Assembly: GCA_037133435.1 (NCBI GenBank)
Contig: JBAXOD010000002.1
Span: 23,545-87,544 of the forward strand
Source of the DNA: Candidatus Moraniibacteriota bacterium
Lineage (GTDB): Bacteria > Patescibacteriota > Minisyncoccia > Moranbacterales > UBA1568
Direction of reading: 5' to 3'
Length of the DNA: 64,000 bases
The translations under genes and the position numbers were made by a program. The notes under the pieces are model-generated. The model was not told the origin of the DNA. It saw nothing but the letters and a program-made list of their open reading frames with translations, and made no database searches. Positions 1 to 9,113 of this stretch are shown piece by piece (the stretch's first letter is position 1; each line of letters starts with the position of its first letter).

Positions 1-6
1 AGAAAA

Positions 7-666
7 ATGATTTTGATCGCGATTGGTATCTTTTCGCTGATCGCTGGCGGATCAATATGGTTCGGATATGAAAAGCCACAAACCGTTTGGCAGGATTTCT
101 TGTCCCGCGTCGGATACGGCCGACCGGATACGAACGCCCCAAGCAAGATCGTATTTCTGGGAGACAGCATCACGTTTCGCGAAGACTGGAACGTACTTTT
201 TGGGGTAACGAATATCGCGAACGCCGGCGTTTCCGGCAATACGACGGACGATGTCCTGACCAGGCTGGATTCGGTCATCATTGCCAAGCCACAAAAACTG
301 TTCCTGATGATCGGTATCAACGATCTCTTGAGAGGAAACGACGTTTCTCATGTGTTGATCAACTATGAAAAGATACTGAGCGAGATAAGATCACAATCGC
401 CGGGAACGGAAATATTCGTTCAGAGCGTGTTGCCGGTGAATAACGATGTCTTAACGTACGGGACCGTCGATAGCCGGAGCATCATCGACATAAACAGCCG
501 CCTCGAATCGATGACTGATGAAAAAAAGATTTTCTTCGTCGATTTATATCCTGATTTTTGCGGAGCGGACAATAAGCTCTATTTCGCATACGCACCGGAC
601 GGATTGCACCCCAATGCTCATGGCTACGCGGTTTGGAAAAAAATAATCAGCCGGTACATAAAATGA
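7..666 (+). CDS. SGNH/GDSL-family lipase/acylhydrolase
   Basis: GDSIT block near N-terminus (FLGDSITF), GINDL block, DGLHPN catalytic His block; 219 aa typical size. Confidence 0.75.
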   Translation: MILIAIGIFSLIAGGSIWFGYEKPQTVWQDFLSRVGYGRPDTNAPSKIVFLGDSITFREDWNVLFGVTNIANAGVSGNTTDDVLTRLDSVIIAKPQKLFLMIGINDLLRGNDVSHVLINYEKILSEIRSQSPGTEIFVQSVLPVNNDVLTYGTVDSRSIIDINSRLESMTDEKKIFFVDLYPDFCGADNKLYFAYAPDGLHPNAHGYAVWKKIISRYIK

Positions 667-723
667 GAATGGCACCGAATATTTACCGTATCACGGAAAA
701 AATACTCAGTCTTGAGTCTTTTT

Positions 724-1992
724 TTACTTTTTATTTTCCGCCCGATTTATTTTTTGTCTCAGAGGAACTTCAACGAAACGATACGTCAGGGAGGAGATGA
801 GAATAACGATGGCTAAATAGGCCAGGGCGTAGAGCCAGGCGGTCGGCCAATCGAGACCTTCCATTTTTATCCGGGAAAATTTCTTGAGATAATCAAAAAG
901 AAAAGTCATGAGGAGGAAGTGCATAATATAAACCGAGTAGGAAATGGTGCCCAGGTAAACGAGCGGCTTGAGACTGAGAAGAAGTTCACAGAATCCTTCG
1001 GCATAGACGCTCGCCAGTATGATGGCGGCAAAGGCGATGATGGGAACGATGTCTGGCGTGGAAAAAGTCATGACCATTACGACAATGATCGTAATCAGAA
1101 GCCAGACGCTGTTTTTACTGAGATATTTCCGGCCCCAGTCGACGCGATACAATTCATAGAGGAGCATCCCGAAAAGAAAACCGAAGAAACAACGGATGAA
1201 GCCGAAGTCATAGGTAACATCCAGGGAATACTTTATTCCGGGATCGAGCGCGCCGTTCGTGAGAGCTGAAATCGGATAAAGGAAATATATAATGAACAGA
1301 TAGCCGGCAACGATCCCGAAAAAAATATAAATCCTTTTCCAGCCGGTGATTTTCCGGAAAGGGACGAGAAGAAAAGGAAAAACCACATACATCCACCATT
1401 CGACGCTGATAGACCAGGAAGGGCTGTTCCAGGTAAGAATTTTATACAAACCCATGGATTGGAGAAGGAAGAGATTGGCCCAAATGGTATGCATGTTGAA
1501 CGTATAGACATAATCTGCCGCGGAGAGCGTGAAGTTGGCCCTATACCAAAAATAGAAGACTACCATGCACAAAAAAGAAAACAGATGGAGCGGGTAGATG
1601 CGAGCGAAGCGCGAACGCATGAAGGTAAAGAAGTTTTCCGAAATGCTTTTATTGAATGATTCGGAATACACGTGCATCATGATGAAACCTGAAAGCAGGA
1701 AAAAGAAATCCACCCACAGGTAACCTTTCTGGATGAAATGATCAAAGGGACCGTCCCAGGGTGCCAGCGCGAAGCAAAAGACGTTAAAATGCAGAAGAAC
1801 AACCAAAAGCGCGGCCAGACCGCGAAGAGAGGTGAGTGAAGAAAGATAATTCTGTTTTTCCATATCGTTATCCGTCAATTTGGCGTATTTGCTATTATAC
1901 ACGGTTAAGACTGGGCGGTAAAACGACCGGATCTTCAACTCAAAAGAGGAATTTTTTGATGTTGAATGAACGTACATAACGGTGGTACTCAA
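724..1992 (-). CDS. Acyltransferase family 3 (OafA-like) integral membrane protein
   Basis: ~10 predicted TM segments, N-terminal LRGLAALLVVLLH motif typical of acyltransferase_3. Confidence 0.7.
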   Translation of the reverse strand: MSTTVMYVHSTSKNSSFELKIRSFYRPVLTVYNSKYAKLTDNDMEKQNYLSSLTSLRGLAALLVVLLHFNVFCFALAPWDGPFDHFIQKGYLWVDFFFLLSGFIMMHVYSESFNKSISENFFTFMRSRFARIYPLHLFSFLCMVVFYFWYRANFTLSAADYVYTFNMHTIWANLFLLQSMGLYKILTWNSPSWSISVEWWMYVVFPFLLVPFRKITGWKRIYIFFGIVAGYLFIIYFLYPISALTNGALDPGIKYSLDVTYDFGFIRCFFGFLFGMLLYELYRVDWGRKYLSKNSVWLLITIIVVMVMTFSTPDIVPIIAFAAIILASVYAEGFCELLLSLKPLVYLGTISYSVYIMHFLLMTFLFDYLKKFSRIKMEGLDWPTAWLYALAYLAIVILISSLTYRFVEVPLRQKINRAENKK

Positions 1993-2339
1993 TTCTCAGT
2001 ATCTCTCTCAAATCTCATGTCGAGCTGTACATTCGAAAATTTCGATAGGAGCGCCAACCAGAGGTTGGTCACCCTCTCAGTAAAAAACCATGAAAAAGGA
2101 GAGAAGGCTACTAACTAACCTGACGAGTTTTGAATGGTTTGCCCGCCCTCGACGATCGCTTGGCGAGACGGTCGGGGTCCGCCCGAATCGCTACGCAATC
2201 GTTGCGGACGGGCCTGCCCGCATTGCTAGGCAAAGCATTGCAGGCGGGTAGCCGAAATTTTCGGATTTCAGCCGGCAAGCGGATTTTTTGGCTTATATGT
2301 GCGTTGAGATTTGAGAGAGACACTAAAGGAAGCAAGGGG

Positions 2340-2768
2340 AGCGGGTGATGGAAATTTCGTCCTCGATGCCTGCGGGCATCTCGTAGTCCAGGGCAGCGCT
2401 GAATGCTTCCTAATTCGGTCGCATTCATCGACGCTCGACTATTCGCCTTCGCTCACGTCTCGCTTCTGCCCGTTCGATTCCCATCACCCAATTTTCTCCG
2501 AAAATTTGAGCAGGTGATGGAAATCCTCCTCGCTCCGACTCGGAGCCAGGGCGCTACACACAGAATGCTCGCTTACTCGCATTCGACTCGCGCCCTTCGA
2601 TTCCCACATGGACCGCGGGTGATGGAAATTTCGTCCTCGACGCCTGTTGGCGTCTCGTAGTCCAGGGCAGCGCTGAATGCTCCTATTCGTCGCATTCATT
2701 GACACTCAACTGCTCTCCGCCAACTGGCGGATTGCGTCTCGCTTCTGCCCGTTCGATTCCCATCACCA
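2340..2768. repeat. Three tandem degenerate units (~110-150 bp) each beginning GCGGGTGATGGAAAT and ending CGATTCCCATCACC, i.e. mimicking the 5' acceptor and 3' T-arm/acceptor of the adjacent tRNA-Gly
   Basis: Direct reading: unit starts at ~2340, ~2508, ~2619; ends share gtctcgcttctgcccgttcgattcccatcacc; 12-bp closing helix with one A.C mismatch. Confidence 0.6.
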
Positions 2769-2775
2769 CAAGCAA

Positions 2776-2804
2776 GCAAAAAGGACTCATATGAGTCCTT
2801 TTTA
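2776..2804. terminator. Bidirectional rho-independent terminator hairpin aaaaaggactcatatgagtccttttt
   Basis: Perfect 10-bp palindromic stem flanked by A-run and T-run. Confidence 0.6.
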
Positions 2805-2814
2805 CTTGCCTATG

Positions 2815-2887
2815 AGCGGGTGATGGGAATCGAACCCACCTCTCGACCTTGGAAGGGTCGCATAATAAGCCACTATACGACACCCGC
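2815..2887 (-). tRNA. tRNA-Gly (anticodon TCC)
   Basis: Manual fold: acceptor GCGGGTG/CACCCGC, anticodon stem CGACC/GGTCG, loop CTTCCAA, T-arm GTGGG-TTCGATT-CCCAT. Confidence 0.8.
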
Positions 2888-2997
2888 TTTCTTTCGACAG
2901 CATTATAAGCTTCGAAAACTGCTAAAGCTTCAATAGCTTTTGCAGAAATCCTCAAACCGTTACTCCCTGCCATCGGTCTACCGTTCAATGGTATCTG

Positions 2998-3750
2998 CTA
3001 TCTGTTCTCCGAAACCGTTCCCGACCCGGTCAGTCCCGCGAACGGATCGATATGGATGTTCTCCGCCGCGATACCGATACCGAGGAGAAGCGCTTTCATG
3101 GCATCCGCGAATGCCGGTGCGCCTATCACATAATAGAGCGATTCCCGCCATTCTGGCAAGTATTTCCCTATCATTTCCGCACTGATACGGCCTCGTTCCT
3201 CGCCCGGCTCGGTTGAAGGTCCGGTCTCGGCCGACAAGGTGTACACGTAGGTGAAGTCCGGAAGAATGATCGCCCGGATTTCCGAATGGAATGGCACGTC
3301 CTTTTGAAAACGGTTCGACGATATCAGGACGTATTTTCTCGTGTCGTTTTTCGCGACCGCTTCCAGAAGCATCGACCGTGCCGGGGCCATACCGACGCCT
3401 CCCGACAGGATCGCTATCGGTCGTGAATCCCCTTCCGGAACGGTCGCGTTTCCGAGCGGAGCACTTACCGAGATTTCCTCGCCCGCCCTGAGGTCCCACA
3501 TGGTCTTCTTGAAACCCGTCATGCCCTCGCGCATCACGAATACCAGCTCGGCCTCGCTTGGCGCGGACGCAAGCGAAAGCGGGCGCATCCCGGCACGGAC
3601 GTCCGGCTCGACAAGCCGCTCAGCCGGCACCCGAAGCATCACATACTGCCCGGCACGATACGAGTACCCTTCCGGCTTGGAAAAAAAGAATGCGAGCGTG
3701 CGATCGGCGGTCTCCTCGACCCGAATCAACGTGATGGGATAGAATTCCAT
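2998..3750 (-). CDS. FNR-like oxidoreductase, FAD/NAD(P)-binding domain protein
   Basis: RPLSLAS (RxYS-type FAD motif) and GGVGMAP (GGxGxxP NAD(P) motif); 250 aa. Confidence 0.6.
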   Translation of the reverse strand: MEFYPITLIRVEETADRTLAFFFSKPEGYSYRAGQYVMLRVPAERLVEPDVRAGMRPLSLASAPSEAELVFVMREGMTGFKKTMWDLRAGEEISVSAPLGNATVPEGDSRPIAILSGGVGMAPARSMLLEAVAKNDTRKYVLISSNRFQKDVPFHSEIRAIILPDFTYVYTLSAETGPSTEPGEERGRISAEMIGKYLPEWRESLYYVIGAPAFADAMKALLLGIGIAAENIHIDPFAGLTGSGTVSENR

Positions 3751-3856
3751 ACTCCTAATTCTTTATTCTTTATTCATCATCTAACGATTGTCGAGGCGCT
3801 CGGAATCGCTCAGGCATTCGCTGGGCGTCCGGCGTATGTCGGACGAACCAGGGCGG

Positions 3857-4025
3857 GTCTACCTCCCCTGCGGAGCCACGACCGTCCACTGGATGGTCGG
3901 ACACGAATCTTGTCGGGGCACCCGGAATCGGACCGGGACTACCTCCCCTTCGGGGCCACGACCGTCCATCGGGACGGTCGGATAACGTTCTTGTCGGGGC
4001 ACCCGGAATCGGACCGGGACTACCT
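3857..4025. repeat. Two tandem ~84-bp units, each = tRNA-Pro 3' half (cttgtcggggcacccggaatcggaccgggactacct) plus a GC hairpin spacer
   Basis: Exact 36-bp copies at 3909-3944 and 3990-4025; flanking spacers ccacgaccgtcca...ggtcgga also repeated. Confidence 0.7.
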
Positions 4026-4064
4026 GCTCCCAAAGCAGACGTACTACCACTATACTATGCCCCG
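3994..4064 (-). tRNA. tRNA-Pro (anticodon TGG)
   Basis: Manual fold of reverse complement: acceptor CGGGGCA/TGCCCCG, anticodon stem TCTGC/GCAGG, loop TTTGGGA, T-arm CCCGG-TCCGATT-CCGGG. Confidence 0.8.
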
Positions 4065-4090
4065 ACTATTACCCCGACAATAACGCTATC

Positions 4091-4126
4091 CCCAAAGCAG
4101 ACGTACTACCACTATACTATGCCCCG
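4091..4126 (-). pseudogene. Orphan duplicate of tRNA-Pro(TGG) 5' half (through anticodon loop)
   Basis: cccaaagcagacgtactaccactatactatgccccg identical to 4029-4064 but lacks 3' half. Confidence 0.65.
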
Positions 4127-4369
4127 CCAAATAATTTCAATTTTCTCTTTACGGACGAGGCTCGCCCTGATGGGCGACCCGACAATGAACTCGTCCCCGA
4201 AGCAGGCGTACTACTGACATTCATATCTCTTCCCAGTCTACGGACTCTCCGGGAAAAAGCAATCCCGCCTCCTGAAAGAGGCGGGACGGCCCTATCTTTT
4301 ATTTCGTGCAGTACGGAACCCGCCAATGGAAAACCGTCCCTCCGACGGAATCCCGCGAATACTCGCGTA

Positions 4370-4660
4370 CTATTTGACTGCCTCTTTGAGCGTCTTTCCG
4401 GCGGTGAATTTCGGAACGGTCATGGCCGGAATGGTGATCTTGGCCTTGGTCTGGGGGTTGATTCCCTCACGGGCCGCACGGTTCGATACGCGGAACGTAC
4501 CGAATCCGGTGATGGTCACCTTATCGCCCCTGCGGAGCGCGTTCGTAATCTCCTCGACGGCCGTCTCGATGACCGCCTCGACGTCCTTCTTGGAAAGGTC
4601 GAGTTTCGCAACGATCGACGCGACCAGCGCGTCCTTGTTTACGTTTGCCATTGTGTTCAC
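4370..4660 (-). CDS. hup: HU family DNA-binding protein
   Basis: 96 aa; MNKxxLV...GFGTFxVxxRAAREGxNPQT signature of HU/IHF. Confidence 0.9.
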   Translation of the reverse strand: MNTMANVNKDALVASIVAKLDLSKKDVEAVIETAVEEITNALRRGDKVTITGFGTFRVSNRAAREGINPQTKAKITIPAMTVPKFTAGKTLKEAVK

Positions 4661-4778
4661 CTGCCTTTCTAGGTTTGCGCTCCGGAAAGGATCCGGAGAC
4701 TGGATCAGGATTACCTCCTGCCCTCCATTCTAACTTTTCGCTGAAAAAAAGCAAATCCGGGGAATGTCAACCCGAACC

Positions 4779-6305
4779 CTATCGGGCCACCGCGACTGAA
4801 CGGGTCTCACGCATGACCACCACGCGGATCTCGCCCGGGTACTTCAGTTCTTCCTGAATGCGGTTCGCGATATCCTGCGCGAGTTTGATCGCCGCGAGAT
4901 CGTCCGTCTTCTCGGGATTCACGAAGACACGGACTTCGCGTCCCGCCTGGATCGCATACGACTTCTCGACGGAAGGGAATGAGTTGATGAGCGCCTCAAG
5001 CTCTTCGAGCCGCTTGATGTATTTCTCCGCGGTCTCCTTGCGGGCTCCCGGACGCGCCGCAGAAATGATGTCCGCCGCGGTGACGATATACGACTCGACC
5101 GACGCGTGCGGATAATCGTCGTGATGACTCTTCATCGCGTCGATGACCTCCTTTTGCACGTTGAACTTCTCAAGGATGCGGATACCTATATTGACGTGCG
5201 TACCCTCGATCTCATGGTCCACCGCCTTGCCGATGTCGTGCAGGAGTCCGGCCTTCTTGGCGATCGCGACATTGGCACCGAGTTCGGCCGCCAAGGCACC
5301 CGCGATATAGGACACCTCGAGCGAATGCAGGAGGACGTTCTGCTTATAGCTATACCGGTATCGGAGTCGGCCGAGGATATACAGGAGTTTTGGGTGCAGT
5401 CCTGCCACGCCGGCCTCGTACGCCGCCGCTTCACCGGCTTCCTTGATCTTCGTATCGATCGTCTTTCTGGCCTCCTCGACGGTTTCCTCGATGCGGGCCG
5501 GATGGATGCGTCCGTCCGAGATGAGTTTCTCGAGCGCGATCCTTGCAACCTCGCGACGGACCGGATCGAACCCGGAAATCACGACTGATTCCGGCGTATC
5601 GTCCACGATGAGTTCCACGCCGGTCTCCTTCTCGAGCGCGCGGATATTGCGACCCTCCTTGCCGATAATCTTCCCTTTGATGTCGTCGGACGGTATCGCG
5701 ACGGTCGTCGTCGTGAATTCCGAAACGTGCGAACGCGAATACTTCTGCAACACCGTCGCCATCAGTTCGAGCGCCCGTTCCTCTATCTGCTCCCCGCCTT
5801 CCTTCTCGAGCTTCGCGATCCGTCGGGAAACGGTCTCCCCGTGTTCCTGTTCGATGAGACGGTACACTTCCTTCTCGGCCTCCTCGCGGGACAATTGGGC
5901 AATCTTCTCGAGTTTCTCGAGCTCCTCTTCACGCAATTTTTCGGTTTCCGCCTGGATCGCGCGGATTTCGTCGGCCTTTCGGATCAGTTTCTGCTTGTCC
6001 TGCTCGATCTCACCGATCCGGTTCTCGAGCTGCTCTTCCCGCTTCTCGAGCCGCCGCTTCTGCTCGCGGATCTCCTCCTCCTGGATCTTCGTTTCCTTCT
6101 TGGACTCATCAAGAATCCCGACCGCCTTATTCTTGGCCTCGAGCGTGACGTCCGCGGCTTTCTTTTCCGCTTCCGTAAGTATCTTTTCTACCTGACCCTC
6201 GGCCGTCGTCAACTCGCGCTTCGCCATGGTCTGGCGTGCGACATACCCCAATACGGCCCCGACGGCGGCTATGCCGGTGCCGATGAGAAGCGTGATCACT
6301 TGCAT
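4779..6305 (-). CDS. rny: Ribonuclease Y
   Basis: N-terminal TM (MQVITLLIGTGIAAVGAVLGYV), long coiled coil, KH domain (GKIIGKEGRNIRALE), HD domain (LLHDIGKA); start taken at internal Met rather than ORF-track start 6353. Confidence 0.85.
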   Translation of the reverse strand: MQVITLLIGTGIAAVGAVLGYVARQTMAKRELTTAEGQVEKILTEAEKKAADVTLEAKNKAVGILDESKKETKIQEEEIREQKRRLEKREEQLENRIGEIEQDKQKLIRKADEIRAIQAETEKLREEELEKLEKIAQLSREEAEKEVYRLIEQEHGETVSRRIAKLEKEGGEQIEERALELMATVLQKYSRSHVSEFTTTTVAIPSDDIKGKIIGKEGRNIRALEKETGVELIVDDTPESVVISGFDPVRREVARIALEKLISDGRIHPARIEETVEEARKTIDTKIKEAGEAAAYEAGVAGLHPKLLYILGRLRYRYSYKQNVLLHSLEVSYIAGALAAELGANVAIAKKAGLLHDIGKAVDHEIEGTHVNIGIRILEKFNVQKEVIDAMKSHHDDYPHASVESYIVTAADIISAARPGARKETAEKYIKRLEELEALINSFPSVEKSYAIQAGREVRVFVNPEKTDDLAAIKLAQDIANRIQEELKYPGEIRVVVMRETRSVAVAR

Positions 6306-6753
6306 ATTGATGGGAGCCCCGGACCGACAGCTTCCGTGCGCGTAAAACGCCACGGACGGATACGACGAATCTCAGCGTCTTACCCTGAAAAGTGAAAAGA
6401 AGAAGGAGGCCATATCCGACGTGGCCGATACCCGCAGGAAAAATGGCGATGGTTCAATACGGATTCCTTGCATAACTTTCCGTTTCCGCTACCAGACGAA
6501 GGGAAATAAAATGGTTATCTTCGTAAAGACAGAATAGCCCACGGGAGGTATTTTGTCAAAGCGGAAAAGCGGGGTATACTGTATGGAGACCGCTCGGAAT
6601 ACGAACACGGACGTGACACGGAAAATAGGGCGAGGAAAGATCCTCGGCACCGTCATGACCGTACCGACAGATGTCCATGAATGAAATGAACGCTTGACCA
6701 CTGATCTGACCGGATAGCGACGGGCGGTTCCCGACGATTCCCGGGATTTCCGT

Positions 6754-8385
6754 GTGAAAAGGCATCATGGACCGTCACGCATAAGAAACAAAACTAAGAA
6801 TAAGCTTGTGTACCGACCAATCGTGCTCGTCGTCTTGGACGGCTGGGGACTCAGCAATGTCACGCAGGGAAATCCCATCCGCGAAGCGAATCTTCCGACG
6901 ATAAAGAAGTTCAACGAATTTTATCCGCTCGCCGCATTGCAAGCGTCCGGCATTTCGGTGGGTCTCCCCTGGAACGTGGTCGGCAACAGCGAGGTCGGCC
7001 ACATGACCATAGGTGCCGGCCGAGTCATCTACCAGAATCTTCCCCGGATTGCGCTCTCCATACAGGACGGCAGTTTTTCCAAGAACCCGGCATTGCTCGC
7101 GGCGGCCGAGAACGCCACGCGCAACGGGGGCAACTTCCATGTCATGGGTCTCGTCAGTTCCGGATCCGTCCACTCAAGCAAGGAACACCTGTTCGCCATC
7201 CTCAAGTTCGCCCAGGAAGCGGGTCTCGGCGACCGGACATTCGTCCATGTCTTTACCGACGGACGCGATTCCTCCCCGACTGAAGGGGTGATTCAGATCC
7301 GTGAGCTCGAACGGCATATGAAACTTCTCGGCACCGGGAAGATCGCCTCCATTATCGGACGGAACTGGGCGATGGACCGAAACAACAACTGGGACCGCAT
7401 CGAAAAGGCGTATCTCATGATGACCGAAGGCAAGGGCGAACACATCACCGACCCGTCACTGTATCTCGAACAGTCCTACGCGCGAGACGTGACGGATGAA
7501 TATGTCGAACCGGCGGTGCTGTGCGACGAACAGGGCGCGCCAATCGGCCTCGTCGGCAAGGGCGATTCCATCATGTTCTTCAACTTCCGCGAAGATCGTG
7601 CCCGGGAAATCACCAAGGCGTTCACCCTTCCGGGATTCTCCAATTTCAAACGATCGAAGTTCCCGGACATCTATTTCGTCACCATGACGGAATACGAGCG
7701 GGATCTGCCCGTTTCCGGCATCGCCTTTCCTCCCGAAAAAGTCGTCAACGATCTCGGGGAAATACTTTCGGCTTCGGGAAAGAAGCAGCTCCGTGTCGCG
7801 GAAACGGAAAAGTACGCGCACGTGACCTATTTCTTCAACGGAGGAAAAGAGCGCGCCTACCCCGAAGAAGACCGCATACTCATCCCGTCGCCGAACGTAT
7901 CGCGTTTCGACGAGGTCCCAGAAATGAGCTCGGACGAGGTGACGGACACCCTGCTCAAGGCGATCGAGGATGAGACGTATGATTTCATCCTGGCCAACTA
8001 CGCGAGTCCGGACATGGTCGCGCATACCGGCAACGAAGAGGCGACCATCCGAGCCGTCGAATCGATCGATCACAACCTCTCGATTCTGGTCCCCGCCATC
8101 CTCAAGGCCGGTGGAGCGCTCTTTATCACCGCCGATCATGGGAACGCCGAGGAGCTGAAGAAATCCGCTACCGGGGAAGTGGACACGGAACACTCCATCA
8201 ATCCCGTCCCACTGTGGTTCATCACGCCGGACAATCATCGCGAAAAGGACCAGGAGACGCAGACAAAGGAACAGAACGAGGTTCGCGGTCTGCTCTCCGA
8301 TATCGCGCCGACCATACTCGATGTTATGAAGTTGCCGCAACCGCCGGAAATGAACGGTTCAAGCCTCCTTCAGACACTGAAATGA
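6754..8385 (+). CDS. gpmI: 2,3-bisphosphoglycerate-independent phosphoglycerate mutase
   Basis: VLDGWGL N-terminal motif, 543 aa, iPGM domain architecture. Confidence 0.85.
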   Translation: MKRHHGPSRIRNKTKNKLVYRPIVLVVLDGWGLSNVTQGNPIREANLPTIKKFNEFYPLAALQASGISVGLPWNVVGNSEVGHMTIGAGRVIYQNLPRIALSIQDGSFSKNPALLAAAENATRNGGNFHVMGLVSSGSVHSSKEHLFAILKFAQEAGLGDRTFVHVFTDGRDSSPTEGVIQIRELERHMKLLGTGKIASIIGRNWAMDRNNNWDRIEKAYLMMTEGKGEHITDPSLYLEQSYARDVTDEYVEPAVLCDEQGAPIGLVGKGDSIMFFNFREDRAREITKAFTLPGFSNFKRSKFPDIYFVTMTEYERDLPVSGIAFPPEKVVNDLGEILSASGKKQLRVAETEKYAHVTYFFNGGKERAYPEEDRILIPSPNVSRFDEVPEMSSDEVTDTLLKAIEDETYDFILANYASPDMVAHTGNEEATIRAVESIDHNLSILVPAILKAGGALFITADHGNAEELKKSATGEVDTEHSINPVPLWFITPDNHREKDQETQTKEQNEVRGLLSDIAPTILDVMKLPQPPEMNGSSLLQTLK

Positions 8386-8414
8386 GACTGGCGTTGGAAA
8401 ATCAAGAGAGTCAC

Positions 8415-8446
8415 AAAAAACTCCGGCATATGCCGGAGCTTTTTGG
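8415..8446 (+). terminator. Rho-independent terminator after gpmI
   Basis: aaaaaactccggcatatgccggagctttttgg hairpin + T-run. Confidence 0.6.
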
Positions 8447-8505
8447 AATCTATTTATCTGACTTTCGACTTTATGGACTTGATGGACTTCTGACCTGACG
8501 GACCA

Positions 8506-9099
8506 TCACGCCATCACCTTGTCCACGATCCCGTATTTCTTCGCCTCGTCGGCAGACAGGAAGTAATCACGCTCGGTATCGTTCGCGATCTTCGCGATCT
8601 TCTGTTTCGTGTGTTTGGCAAGTATCTGATTCAGTCTCTCCCGGGTACGGAGGATGTGACGGGCGTGGATCTCCACCTCGGTCGCCTGACCCTGCGCCCC
8701 GCCGAGCACCTGATGGATCATGATCTCACTGTTCGGCAGCGCCATACGCCGCCCCTTCGCACCGGCAGCAAGCAGTATCGCCGCGGCGGACGCCGCCATT
8801 CCTACGCAGATCGTCGAGACCGCCGGCTTGATATGCTGCATCGTATCGTAGATCGCGAGTGCCGCCGTCACCGAGCCTCCCGGCGAATTGATGTACATAC
8901 GGATCTCCTCCTTGGGATTCTGCGACTCGAGGAACAGAAGCTGCGCGATGACCGTATTCGCGACCCCGTCGTCGATCGGCGAACCGAGAAAGACGATCCG
9001 GTCCTTGAGCAGGCGCGAATAGATGTCGTACGCGCGCTCCCCGTATCCGGATTTCTCTATGACCGTCGGCACGAGATAATCGTTCGTGATATCGCTCAT
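8506..9099 (-). CDS. clpP: ATP-dependent Clp protease proteolytic subunit
   Basis: ClpP core ([37 protein letters not shown]); start at MSDITNDY Met (9099) not the 280-aa ORF-track extension. Confidence 0.9.
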   Translation of the reverse strand: MSDITNDYLVPTVIEKSGYGERAYDIYSRLLKDRIVFLGSPIDDGVANTVIAQLLFLESQNPKEEIRMYINSPGGSVTAALAIYDTMQHIKPAVSTICVGMAASAAAILLAAGAKGRRMALPNSEIMIHQVLGGAQGQATEVEIHARHILRTRERLNQILAKHTKQKIAKIANDTERDYFLSADEAKKYGIVDKVMA

Positions 9100-9113
9100 A
9101 ACATTGTCGGTGA

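Noticed and set aside
2340-2768. Possible tmRNA (starts with an acceptor-like GCGGGTG and ends with a T-arm/acceptor-like GTTCGATTCCCATCACC about 430 nt apart)
   Set aside because: The interval is three internally repeated units. I could not find a tag-peptide reading frame ending in ..ALAA-stop or a pseudoknot-rich body, and the closing acceptor pairing is incomplete at the true 3' end.
2340-4130. CRISPR array (regularly spaced repeats near tRNAs)
   Set aside because: Repeat units are 36-150 bp, of unequal length, degenerate and tRNA-derived. No cas genes are present anywhere in the window.
4326-4733. 135-aa + strand ORF overlapping hup
   Set aside because: Antisense to a high-confidence HU gene, hydrophobic low-complexity translation.
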